DNA from: Myxococcales bacterium
Lineage (GTDB): Bacteria > Myxococcota_A > Bradymonadia > UBA7976 > UBA1532
Length of the DNA: 24,000 nucleotides
Assembly: GCA_947488215.1 (NCBI GenBank)
Contig: CANLBD010000010.1
Span: 1-24,000 of the forward strand
Direction: 5' to 3'
The translations under genes and the position numbers were made by a program. Below the pieces are notes generated by a model. The model saw only the letters and a program-made list of their open reading frames with translations, ran no database searches and had not been told where the DNA came from. Shown one piece after another: positions 1-7,965 of the stretch (the stretch's first letter is position 1; each line of letters starts with the position of its first letter).

Positions 1-2
1 AG

Positions 3-1754
3 CCAGAGCCAGATTCAGAGTCGGAGCCCAAGCCAGAAGGGGCGGAGGCGCCCGAGGCGTTCTTTGAGTCGGCGCCCGAAGCGGCCGAGGATGCCGAGGA
101 GATCCCAGAGTCCGAGTCCGACGCAGAGGCACAGCCAGCGCCGGAGCCGGCGCCCGAAGCGGCCGAGGATGCCGAGGAGATCCCAGAGCCGGAGCCCGAC
201 GCAGAGGCTCTGCACGCGCCGGAGCCCGAGCCCGAGCCCGAGCTCGAAGCGGCGGAGGCGCCTGAGGCGTTCTCTGAGCCGGAGCCCGAGTCCTCCGTAG
301 AGGCTGCTCCTGAGCCCGAGCCGGAGCCCGAGCCGGAGCCCGAGCCTGAGCCCGAAGCAGCCGAGGACCCCGAGGTCCTCTCCGAACCCGAGTCCGACCC
401 CGAGCCCGAGTGGCTTCGGTCGCCGCAGTCAGGCCCTCTCACCGACGGGGGCCTCGTGCCGCGCGCCCCCCTGTCGGGGTTCGAGGCCGCCGGAGAGTCG
501 GACCCGTTCGAGGCATGGTCGCTCGCGGACTTGGCAGAGGGCGACGCGCTCGCGGCAGCCGACGCTCAGTCGGACGAGGACGCGGACCAGGCCGACCCGA
601 CGGTCTTCGAGCCCGGGCCGGACTTCGCGCCCGCGCCGTTTGCGGCCTTGACGGAGACTGTCCGGTCCGACGCCGCTGGCGACATCCCCGTCGGCCTCCT
701 GCGCGCGGGCGACGATGAAGACGAAGGCGGAGAGTTCAGTCTGGGTTTGGACGATGAAGTGTGGCCGCTCGGCGACGAGCTACAGTCGGCGGGTGACGAC
801 CCCATGAACGCGTGGGTCGGGCAGGTCATGCGGTCCACGACGGACGTCTACTTAGACCCATTGAGCTTCGCGCTCGAGGCGGCGCAGGTGGGCGACGACG
901 TGAACGACGACGTGAACGACGACGCCCACGAGGATGCGCCCGGTCTAAAGGTCGAGGCGGACCCTGAGGTCGAGGCGGACCCTGAGGTCGAAGCCGACCC
1001 CGAGGTCGAGGTGCCGACGCTGAGCGGCGAGCGTCGCCGCGTCTCACGCGCGGACGACGCCCCGACCGCAGCGGCGCAGTGGTCCGGGAGTGAGTCGGTC
1101 GATCCCGCCGCGAGCATTGACGACTTGGCTTTCTCACCGGTCGCGTCGGCGCCGGGCGTGGATGAAGCCGAGTGGACCGGGTGGGGTGACTTGGCGCAGG
1201 AGATGGCGGCGCTGAGCGCACCGCAACCGGTCCCTGCGCCGCCGCCTGCGCCGCCGCCCGCGGTCAGCCGCCCGGTCGAGCGGCCGACGATGCGCCTGCC
1301 GCTCGTATCCGCCAGCTCGCTTGCGCTGCCGGGGTTGAGTTCGACCATTGCGGCCGCCCTTGTGCGCGAGTCGATTGTGCCATCGGCGAAAGCCTCGGAC
1401 GCTGAATGGGCAGCAGCGGAGACGGCCTTCGACCCGTGGTCGGTCGCCACTTCGGCTCCGCCGGTCGCTCAAACGGAGCTCACGCTTGAGGACGCCGTCG
1501 AGACCGCCGACGGGTGGCTCTACGTTCGTACCGTCGACCTTGGGCCCGAACTCGGTGCCGTTCGGGCGAGCGTGCTGCGCGAAGGGCGGCCCGTTCACTC
1601 CGAGGACTTTCCCTACGCTCATCAGAATCGCGATCCACATCTTGGCCTGTCACGGGGCGCTGATGCCTTGGGCCGCGCGCACGCCGAGGTCTTGCAGCGG
1701 CTGCGCGGTGGAGGGCTGAGCGTGCGCGGTTTGAGCCCAGAGGTGCGCCGGTGA
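3..1754 (+). CDS. Acidic Glu/Pro/Asp/Ala-rich repeat protein, 5'-truncated by the window edge; function unknown
   Basis: Frame 3 is open from the first bases of the window to TGA 1752-1754 and reads PEPDSESEPKPEGAEAPEAFFESAPEAAEDAEEIPE... The ORF-track entry 456..1754 is only the part after an internal GTG. The stop overlaps the GTG of the next gene (GTGA). Several in-frame DNA repeats are present. I recognise no catalytic motif. Confidence 0.6.
   Translation, partial: PEPDSESEPKPEGAEAPEAFFESAPEAAEDAEEIPESESDAEAQPAPEPAPEAAEDAEEIPEPEPDAEALHAPEPEPEPELEAAEAPEAFSEPEPESSVEAAPEPEPEPEPEPEPEPEAAEDPEVLSEPESDPEPEWLRSPQSGPLTDGGLVPRAPLSGFEAAGESDPFEAWSLADLAEGDALAAADAQSDEDADQADPTVFEPGPDFAPAPFAALTETVRSDAAGDIPVGLLRAGDDEDEGGEFSLGLDDEVWPLGDELQSAGDDPMNAWVGQVMRSTTDVYLDPLSFALEAAQVGDDVNDDVNDDAHEDAPGLKVEADPEVEADPEVEADPEVEVPTLSGERRRVSRADDAPTAAAQWSGSESVDPAASIDDLAFSPVASAPGVDEAEWTGWGDLAQEMAALSAPQPVPAPPPAPPPAVSRPVERPTMRLPLVSASSLALPGLSSTIAAALVRESIVPSAKASDAEWAAAETAFDPWSVATSAPPVAQTELTLEDAVETADGWLYVRTVDLGPELGAVRASVLREGRPVHSEDFPYAHQNRDPHLGLSRGADALGRAHAEVLQRLRGGGLSVRGLSPEVRR
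70..207. repeat. Direct repeat with a 78-bp period (two 60-bp copies, 3 mismatches) inside the acidic protein CDS
   Basis: cggcgcccgaagcggccgaggatgccgaggagatcccagag(t/c)c(c/g)gag(t/c)ccgacgcagaggc occurs at 70-129 and 148-207. It encodes APEAAEDAEEIPE(S/P)E(S/P)DAEA twice. The period is 26 codons, so the repeat is in frame. Confidence 0.85.
309..356. repeat. Hexanucleotide (CCN-GAR)x8 tract encoding (Pro-Glu)8
   Basis: cct gag ccc gag ccg gag ccc gag ccg gag ccc gag cct gag ccc gaa, read directly from the sequence. A shorter (PE)4 tract lies at about 220-245. Confidence 0.85.
951..1013. repeat. 18-bp tandem repeat, about 3.5 copies, encoding VEADPE
   Basis: gtcgaggcggaccctgag occurs at 951-968 and 969-986, and gtcgaagccgaccccgag at 987-1004, followed by a partial gtcgaggtg. 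A 12-bp duplication (gacgacgtgaac x2, giving DDVNDDVN) sits just upstream at about 896-919. Confidence 0.85.
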
Positions 1755-2422
1755 GCGGCCCCACGGTCTATGCCCTGGGTGAAAGCCCAATGCTGGCCCG
1801 CTGGTGCGCGTCGCTCGGGGCCGCCGGTGTCGGCGTCGTCCGCGTGGATGCGGCGACGCCCGCGCTCGTCCAGCAGACCTACGATGCGCGCGGCGCCGTG
1901 CTGCTTGACGCGACGACGCCGGCCGGCCTGCGCTTGTTGAGCGGTACACACGCGGCGCTCGTGCCGCTCCTTGCTGCGGCGCCGGATGCGGTTGGACTTC
2001 CGGATGGCGTCTTTCGCCTGCGCCCAGACCTCACCGATTCGGAGCTCGTGCACTACGTGGGCGAGGTCCTCCAGACCCGCCGAAATCTGCGCCGACACCC
2101 TCGGGTACCCGCTGCGCTTCGTGTCGTCGTTGGGGACGCTGTGACCCAAACGACCAACATCTCCCTGTACGGCGTGCGGACAGGCGCGCTGCCCCTTCGC
2201 GCGGGGTGGCGGGGTCGCGTATGTGTCGAGCTAGTCGATGGTGCGGTCGTTCACCTCAGCGGCCGACTGGTTCACGAGGGGGACGACGCGCTCGCGCTCG
2301 CCGTGCGGCCCCTCGCCGACACCGACCTGGTGCTCTGGCTGCACGCGCTCCTAGAGCGCCTCGCCCGCAGTCCGCTGCACACGGAGATCGACCCCTTCGG
2401 GCCGCTGTTCGCCGAGGACTGA
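1751..2422 (+). CDS. PilZ-domain c-di-GMP receptor with a degenerate receiver-like N-terminal half
   Basis: A 223-aa ORF whose GTG 1751 overlaps the upstream stop. Both PilZ signatures are present: RRNLRRHPR (RxxxR, 2078-2104) and NISLYG (D/NxSxxG, 2156-2173). The N-terminal ~105 aa has a receiver-like pattern (AVLLDATTPAGLRLLS) but lacks the usual N-terminal acidic pair. Confidence 0.75.
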   Translation: MSGPTVYALGESPMLARWCASLGAAGVGVVRVDAATPALVQQTYDARGAVLLDATTPAGLRLLSGTHAALVPLLAAAPDAVGLPDGVFRLRPDLTDSELVHYVGEVLQTRRNLRRHPRVPAALRVVVGDAVTQTTNISLYGVRTGALPLRAGWRGRVCVELVDGAVVHLSGRLVHEGDDALALAVRPLADTDLVLWLHALLERLARSPLHTEIDPFGPLFAED

Positions 2423-2426
2423 GGTC

Positions 2427-2460
2427 AAAAAAAACGCCCCGGGGCGAAGCCACCGAGGCG
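2427..2460 (-). terminator. Rho-independent terminator of groESL
   Basis: The minus strand downstream of the groEL stop reads CGCCTCGG-tggcttcgcc-CCGGGGCG followed directly by T8. That is an 8-bp stem (7 Watson-Crick pairs plus 1 G-U) with a 10-nt loop. A second perfect hairpin, GACTCGCC-cc-GGCGAGTC, lies at 2467-2484 immediately after the stop codon. Confidence 0.72.
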
Positions 2461-2487
2461 CTCTCAGACTCGCCGGGGCGAGTCAGC

Positions 2488-4164
<1,677 letters not shown>

Positions 4165-4455
4165 TTACTGCTCGACGACCGCGAGGACTTCGTCCTCACG
4201 GAGGATCAAGTGCTCGATCCCGTCGATCTTGATCTCGGTGCCGCTGTACTTGCCGAAGAGGATGCGGTCGCCGGCCTTGACCTCGAGCGAGCGCACCGCG
4301 CCGTCCTCAAGGACCTTGCCGTTGCCGACGGCCACGATCTCGCCCTCGACCGGCTTCTCTTTGGCCGTGTCGGGGATGATGAGACCGCTCTTGGTGGTGG
4401 TCTCCGCCTCAAGGCGCTTCACGATGATGCGGTCGTACAGGGGACGAATCTTCAT
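4165..4455 (-). CDS. groES: Co-chaperonin GroES (Cpn10)
   Basis: 96 aa: [46 protein letters not shown]... It lies 33 nt upstream of groEL. An AAGGAG SD sequence lies 7 nt upstream of the ATG. Confidence 0.97.
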   Translation of the reverse strand: MKIRPLYDRIIVKRLEAETTTKSGLIIPDTAKEKPVEGEIVAVGNGKVLEDGAVRSLEVKAGDRILFGKYSGTEIKIDGIEHLILREDEVLAVVEQ

Positions 4456-4518
4456 AGTCCAACTCCTTCGACGATTGCGTCTGCGGGTCGATGGGGCTTT
4501 GTGCCCCGAGCGCGACGG

Positions 4519-4546
4519 ACTCTAAGCACCCCCCGTGGGGTGTCAA
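4519..4546 (-). promoter_or_regulatory. Candidate sigma70-type groES promoter (TTGACA-N16-TAGAGT)
   Basis: On the minus strand, TTGACA is at 4546-4541, followed by a 16-nt spacer and TAGAGT at 4524-4519. This sits about 65 nt upstream of the groES ATG. The call rests on the sequence pattern only. Confidence 0.45.
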
Positions 4547-4558
4547 GCGGCGTCGTGT

Positions 4559-4586
4559 AAAAAATTCGAGGGACGTAATCCCTTGA
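4559..4586 (-). terminator. Candidate intrinsic terminator after lexA
   Basis: The minus strand reads TCAAGGGA-ttacg-TCCCTCGA, followed by A and then T6. The stem is 8 positions with one A/C mismatch. It lies 64 nt downstream of the lexA stop and upstream of the candidate groES promoter. Confidence 0.4.
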
Positions 4587-4611
4587 TCTGCAAGGGGCTG
4601 AGCGCGATGGG

Positions 4612-4638
4612 TTGGCAGTCGTCGCTCAGGAGTGCCAG
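4612..4638. promoter_or_regulatory. CIRCE-like inverted repeat (TTGGCAGTC-N9-GAGTGCCAG)
   Basis: Each arm matches 7 of 9 positions of the HrcA operator consensus TTAGCACTC-N9-GAGTGCTAA, with the exact 9-nt spacer. It lies between the lexA stop and groES. However, it is upstream of both the candidate lexA terminator and the candidate groES promoter, which is atypical for CIRCE. Confidence 0.25.
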
Positions 4639-4649
4639 CCGCCGAGCGG

Positions 4650-5282
4650 TCAGAACTTGCGGTAGATGCCGACGACCTTGCCGAGGATCATCGTCTCTCG
4701 GAAGTCGCGCTTGTGCACGTAGATGGGGGCCATCGCGGCGTTCGCCGGCTGGAACCGAATGCTGTCGCCCTCGGGATAGTAGTACTTGCAGGTCGCCTCT
4801 TCGCCGATCATCACGATGACGATCTCGCCACGCTCCGCGACCGGCGCCTTGCGGACGAAGACGTAGTCGCCGTCGAAGATCCCCGCCTCGATCATCGACT
4901 CGCCGACGATGCGCAGCGCGAACACCTCGCGGTGCGGCCCGATGAGCAGGCGGTCGATCTTGACGGTGTCCGCCGCCTCTGAGGTCGCCAGGATCGGCGC
5001 GCCAGCCGCGACTCGACCGAGCAGGCGGACCTCGACGAAGCCGTCGTCGTCGAAGTCGACATCGTCGTTCTGGCCGACTGGGCGGAGCGCGCGGCTCTTG
5101 AGGTCGTCCCGGGTCAGAACACCCTTGCGCTCCAGCGCTTTCAGGTGGTCATTGACGCCGTTGGTCGATCGGATGCCCATCTGCTTGCCGATCTCGCGGA
5201 TCGTCGGCGGATAGCCGCGCTCCTGAATGGACGCGTTGATGTACTCCAAGATCTCCTCCTGCCGGCGTGTTAGACCCTTCAC
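4650..5282 (-). CDS. lexA: LexA SOS repressor (S24 autopeptidase)
   Basis: 210 aa with a GTG start. It has an N-terminal winged-helix domain ([37 protein letters not shown]) and an Ala-Gly cleavage site in GRVAAGAPI. The catalytic Ser is in GESM and the catalytic Lys in EATCKYY. Confidence 0.93.
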   Translation of the reverse strand: MKGLTRRQEEILEYINASIQERGYPPTIREIGKQMGIRSTNGVNDHLKALERKGVLTRDDLKSRALRPVGQNDDVDFDDDGFVEVRLLGRVAAGAPILATSEAADTVKIDRLLIGPHREVFALRIVGESMIEAGIFDGDYVFVRKAPVAERGEIVIVMIGEEATCKYYYPEGDSIRFQPANAAMAPIYVHKRDFRETMILGKVVGIYRKF

Positions 5283-5309
5283 GATTCGACCCCCGACGGA
5301 TGATGGGAC

Positions 5310-5326
5310 ACTGAACGAAGATTCAT
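5310..5326 (-). promoter_or_regulatory. Second, weaker LexA-box-like site
   Basis: The minus strand reads ATGAATCTTCGTTCAGT, matching 13 of 17 positions of the same consensus. It shares the GTTCAGT end with the first site, and ACTGAAC recurs on the + strand exactly 32 bp apart (5310 and 5342). Confidence 0.3.
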
Positions 5327-5341
5327 GTAGTCGGGGTCATT

Positions 5342-5358
5342 ACTGAACACGAGTGCAG
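5342..5358 (-). promoter_or_regulatory. Candidate LexA operator (Myxococcus-type SOS box)
   Basis: The minus strand reads CTGCACTCGTGTTCAGT. This matches 15 of 17 positions of the consensus CTRHAMRYBYGTTCAGS that I recall for Myxococcus xanthus LexA. It sits 60-76 nt upstream of the lexA GTG and 15 nt upstream of the divergent maf-yggS ATG. Confidence 0.55.
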
Positions 5359-5372
5359 GCTGTCAATCCCCT

Positions 5373-6653
5373 ATGAACTCGAATGCCCCCCGAGTCCTCC
5401 TCGCGTCCGCATCGCCCCGGCGACGCGCGCTTCTGAGCGCGGCAGGTTTCGACGTGACCGTCCGTGCGGCCGACGTGAACGAAGACCAGCGCGCGGGGGA
5501 GAGCGCTGTCGACTACGCCGCGCGCGTCGCGCTCGACAAGGCGAAGGTCGGGCTCGCTGCGCGAGGCCCCGAGGAGCCTGCGTGGGCGCTCGGGAGCGAT
5601 ACGGTCGTCGCGCTTGCGGGCGAAGTGCTCGGCAAGCCGGCGACCGCAGCCGAGGCGGTCGACACGCTTGAGCGGCTCTCCGGCCAAACGCACGCCGTGC
5701 ACACCGCGATCGCGCTGTGTGGCCCACGGGGTGAGATGCATGTTGAGGTGCACACGGCACGCGTGCGCTTCCGTCCGCTTGAGCGCGACGAGGTGCGGGC
5801 TTACGTGGCCACGGGGGACGCGTTCGACAAAGCGGGCGCGTACGGGATTCAGGGGGGCGCCGGCGCTTTTGTCGAGGCGGTCGATGGCCCCTACGACGGT
5901 GTGGTCGGTCTGCCAGTCGCTCAGGTCCACGCGCTGGGAGTGCGCGCTGGAGCCTGGGCGACAGAGCCGGAGATGGTCACCCGCCTGCGCGCGCTCCGAG
6001 GACGCATCGCCGCGGCATGTCAGGCTGTCCAGCGCGTGCCCGCGTCCGTCACGCTCGTTGGGGTCTCGAAGCGGCACCCATCTGAGCGACTCCGCGAGGC
6101 GCTTGCGCTCGGCGTGATCGATCTCGGCGAGAACTACGTGCAGGAGTGGCGCGACAAGGCCACGGTCCTGGTCGAGGACGACGTGCGATGGCACTTCGTC
6201 GGGCGTCTTCAGAGCAACAAGGCCAAGGTGGTCGCTGGGCAGGTCTCGCTGGTGCACGCCGTCGACAGCTTGAGCACGGCGCAGGCGTTGGCACGCGCCG
6301 TTGAGCGCTCACCGGGCGCCGCACCTCAGCAGGTTCTGGTGCAGGTCAGCCTCGCGGGCGAGGCGCAGAAGGGCGGCGTGACCGCCGACGCGCTCCCGGA
6401 GTTGCTCGACACGCTCGCCACGCTGGGCTCGCTCCGGGTCGAAGGCCTGATGACGATGCCGCCCGAGGGGACGCTGTGCGGCGCTCGCGCAGTATTCCAG
6501 AGGCTTCGCGCGCTCCGAGACCACTGCGCTCGGCCTGAACGGCCGCTCACCCTGCTCTCGATGGGCATGTCGGACGACTTCGATCAGGCGATCGCCGAGG
6601 GCGCGACCCATATCCGCGTGGGCACCGCGCTGTTCGGAAGCCGCCCCGGCTGA
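5373..6653 (+). CDS. maf-yggS: Fusion protein: Maf nucleoside-triphosphate pyrophosphatase/septum-formation protein (N-terminal) plus YggS/PLPBP pyridoxal-phosphate homeostasis protein (C-terminal)
   Basis: A single uninterrupted 426-aa ORF. Residues 1 to about 190 are Maf-like (RVLLASASPRRRALL, GSDTVV, KAGAYGIQG, VVGLP). Residues about 201-426 are YggS-like (VTLVGVSKRHP with the PLP lysine, DLGENYVQE, WHFVGRLQSNK, GLMTMPP, LSMGMSDDF, ATHIRVGTALFG). An in-frame ATG sits at the junction (5973). Confidence 0.85.
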   Translation: MNSNAPRVLLASASPRRRALLSAAGFDVTVRAADVNEDQRAGESAVDYAARVALDKAKVGLAARGPEEPAWALGSDTVVALAGEVLGKPATAAEAVDTLERLSGQTHAVHTAIALCGPRGEMHVEVHTARVRFRPLERDEVRAYVATGDAFDKAGAYGIQGGAGAFVEAVDGPYDGVVGLPVAQVHALGVRAGAWATEPEMVTRLRALRGRIAAACQAVQRVPASVTLVGVSKRHPSERLREALALGVIDLGENYVQEWRDKATVLVEDDVRWHFVGRLQSNKAKVVAGQVSLVHAVDSLSTAQALARAVERSPGAAPQQVLVQVSLAGEAQKGGVTADALPELLDTLATLGSLRVEGLMTMPPEGTLCGARAVFQRLRALRDHCARPERPLTLLSMGMSDDFDQAIAEGATHIRVGTALFGSRPG

Positions 6654-6680
6654 ACTTCGAGCGCGCTTGACTCTCTGGTA

Positions 6681-6705
6681 GCCTCCCCGAGGTCGAAAGG
6701 GAGGC
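6681..6705 (+). promoter_or_regulatory. Hairpin pairing an anti-SD (GCCTCCC) with the proC SD sequence (GGGAGGC)
   Basis: GCCTCCC at 6681-6687 and GGGAGGC at 6699-6705 are perfectly complementary, with an 11-nt loop. The 3' arm is the only SD-like sequence for the proC ATG at 6710. Confidence 0.3.
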
Positions 6706-6709
6706 GCGC

Positions 6710-7504
6710 ATGGAGCCAATCGGGGACGTGGGGTTCTTGGGGTGCGGGCGAATGGGGCGCGCGCTCCTCGAGGGGTGGCTCAACGCGGGTCTCGTTGAGC
6801 GAGAGCGCGTGATGGTCGCTGCCCGCGAGAGCGCTCAGGCAACCGCCGACGCCTTGGGCGTGCGCGCCGGCACGATCTTCGAGGTCGCGGCGCGCTCGGA
6901 CATCATCGTGTTGGCGGTCAAGCCCGCGCAGGCCGCCCGCATGCTCGCTTCGCTGAAGTTCGAGCTCGGTCAGCTGGTCGTCTCGGTCGTCGCCGGCGTC
7001 TCGCGTGCAGCGTTGCCCGTCTCGCCTGCGCGCCTCGTGCGAACCATGCCGAACGTCGCATGCAGGGTGGGGCAGGGCACGACGGCGATTCTCGCGACCG
7101 CGGATGATTACCCCGAGGATGTGGAACGGATCACCCGCCTGTTCGAGGCCGTGGGTCAGGTGGTCCGCGTCCCCGACGAGGGGATGTTCCACGGCGTCAC
7201 GGCGCTGTCAGGGAGCGGCCCCGCCTATCTCTTCGCGGCCATGGAGGCGCTCGCCGACGGCGCAGTCGCGGCGGGCGTGCCGAGAGACCTTGCGCGGACG
7301 CTGGCGGTGCACACCTTTCGGAGCGCGACCGCGCTTGCGGCTGCGCCTGGTGCAGTGCCGAGCTTGCTGAAGGACGAGGTCGCCTCGCCCGGCGGGACGA
7401 CGATCCGGGGCCTGCAAGTGCTGGAGTCCCGCGCCTTTCGAGGTGCGCTGCTCGACGCCGTAGTGGCGGCGGCCGAGCGCTCGCGCGAACTGGAGAAGCC
7501 GTGA
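6710..7504 (+). CDS. proC: Pyrroline-5-carboxylate reductase
   Basis: 264 aa. It has an N-terminal Rossmann motif VGFLGCGRMGRAL, then IIVLAVKP, MPNVACRVGQGTT, LSGSGPAYLF and VASPGGTTIRGL. Confidence 0.92.
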   Translation: MEPIGDVGFLGCGRMGRALLEGWLNAGLVERERVMVAARESAQATADALGVRAGTIFEVAARSDIIVLAVKPAQAARMLASLKFELGQLVVSVVAGVSRAALPVSPARLVRTMPNVACRVGQGTTAILATADDYPEDVERITRLFEAVGQVVRVPDEGMFHGVTALSGSGPAYLFAAMEALADGAVAAGVPRDLARTLAVHTFRSATALAAAPGAVPSLLKDEVASPGGTTIRGLQVLESRAFRGALLDAVVAAAERSRELEKP

Positions 7505-7965
7505 AGCTCACGCCCATCGAGGTCGACCAACAGCAGTTTCAGCGCGTCTTTCGGGGCTGTGACCCGGACGAGGTGCATCGCTTTCTGGACCTCGTCTCAC
7601 GCGAGCTCGAGGAGCTGATCCGAGAAAACGCGGGCCTGAAGGAAGACCTCAAACGGCGCGACGCGCAGATCGTGGAGTTCCGGGCCCACGAAGCTCAGCT
7701 CCGCGAGGCGCTCGTCTCAGCGGGGCGAATGTCCGATGAGATTCGGGCTTCCGCGCGTAAGGAGGCCGAGGTTGTAGTGGCAGAGGCTGAACTGCGCGCA
7801 GGGCGAATCGAAGCCGACGCGCGTGAACGCAGCGCGCAGCTCGCCGCTGAGGTCCATGAGCTCAAGCGTCAAAGGGTGAGGCTCCTCGGAGAGGTGCGCG
7901 CGATTCTGGGGAGCCACGCGCGGCTGCTCGACGCGCACGAGGCGCTCGACGGGGAAGAGGCGTGA
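7501..7965 (+). CDS. DivIVA-domain coiled-coil protein
   Basis: 154 aa. The N-terminus MKLTPIEVDQQQFQRVFRGCDPDEVHRFLDLVSRELEEL matches the DivIVA N-terminal signature (LTPxxIxxxxFxxxxRGYdxxEVdxFLd), and the rest looks coiled-coil. The GTG start overlaps the proC stop (GTGA). Confidence 0.85.
   Translation: MKLTPIEVDQQQFQRVFRGCDPDEVHRFLDLVSRELEELIRENAGLKEDLKRRDAQIVEFRAHEAQLREALVSAGRMSDEIRASARKEAEVVVAEAELRAGRIEADARERSAQLAAEVHELKRQRVRLLGEVRAILGSHARLLDAHEALDGEEA

Noticed and set aside
15-300. ORFs 64..300 (+, Arg/Ser/Pro-rich) and 15..215 (-) over the repeat region.
   Set aside because: They are alternative frames of the Glu/Pro repeat. Only frame 3 stays open across the whole 1.75 kb and joins the non-repetitive C-terminal region. 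The others are repeat-generated artefacts.
1-420. Regularly recurring short GC-rich units (gagccc/gagccg, plus 78-bp-period copies) that might look like a CRISPR or other non-coding array.
   Set aside because: There is no fixed repeat/unique-spacer alternation. All periods are multiples of 3 and lie inside an open frame encoding PE/EA repeats. These are coding repeats, not a CRISPR array.
5340-6257. A 305-aa minus-strand ORF opposite maf-yggS. Similar large antisense ORFs occur at 10867..12129, 15502..16350, 20717..21682, 21752..22498 and 22783..23562.
   Set aside because: Each is antisense to a gene with strong family motifs. All have Arg/Leu/Asp/Gly-biased composition typical of reverse-complement frames in high-GC genes, and none shows a recognisable domain.
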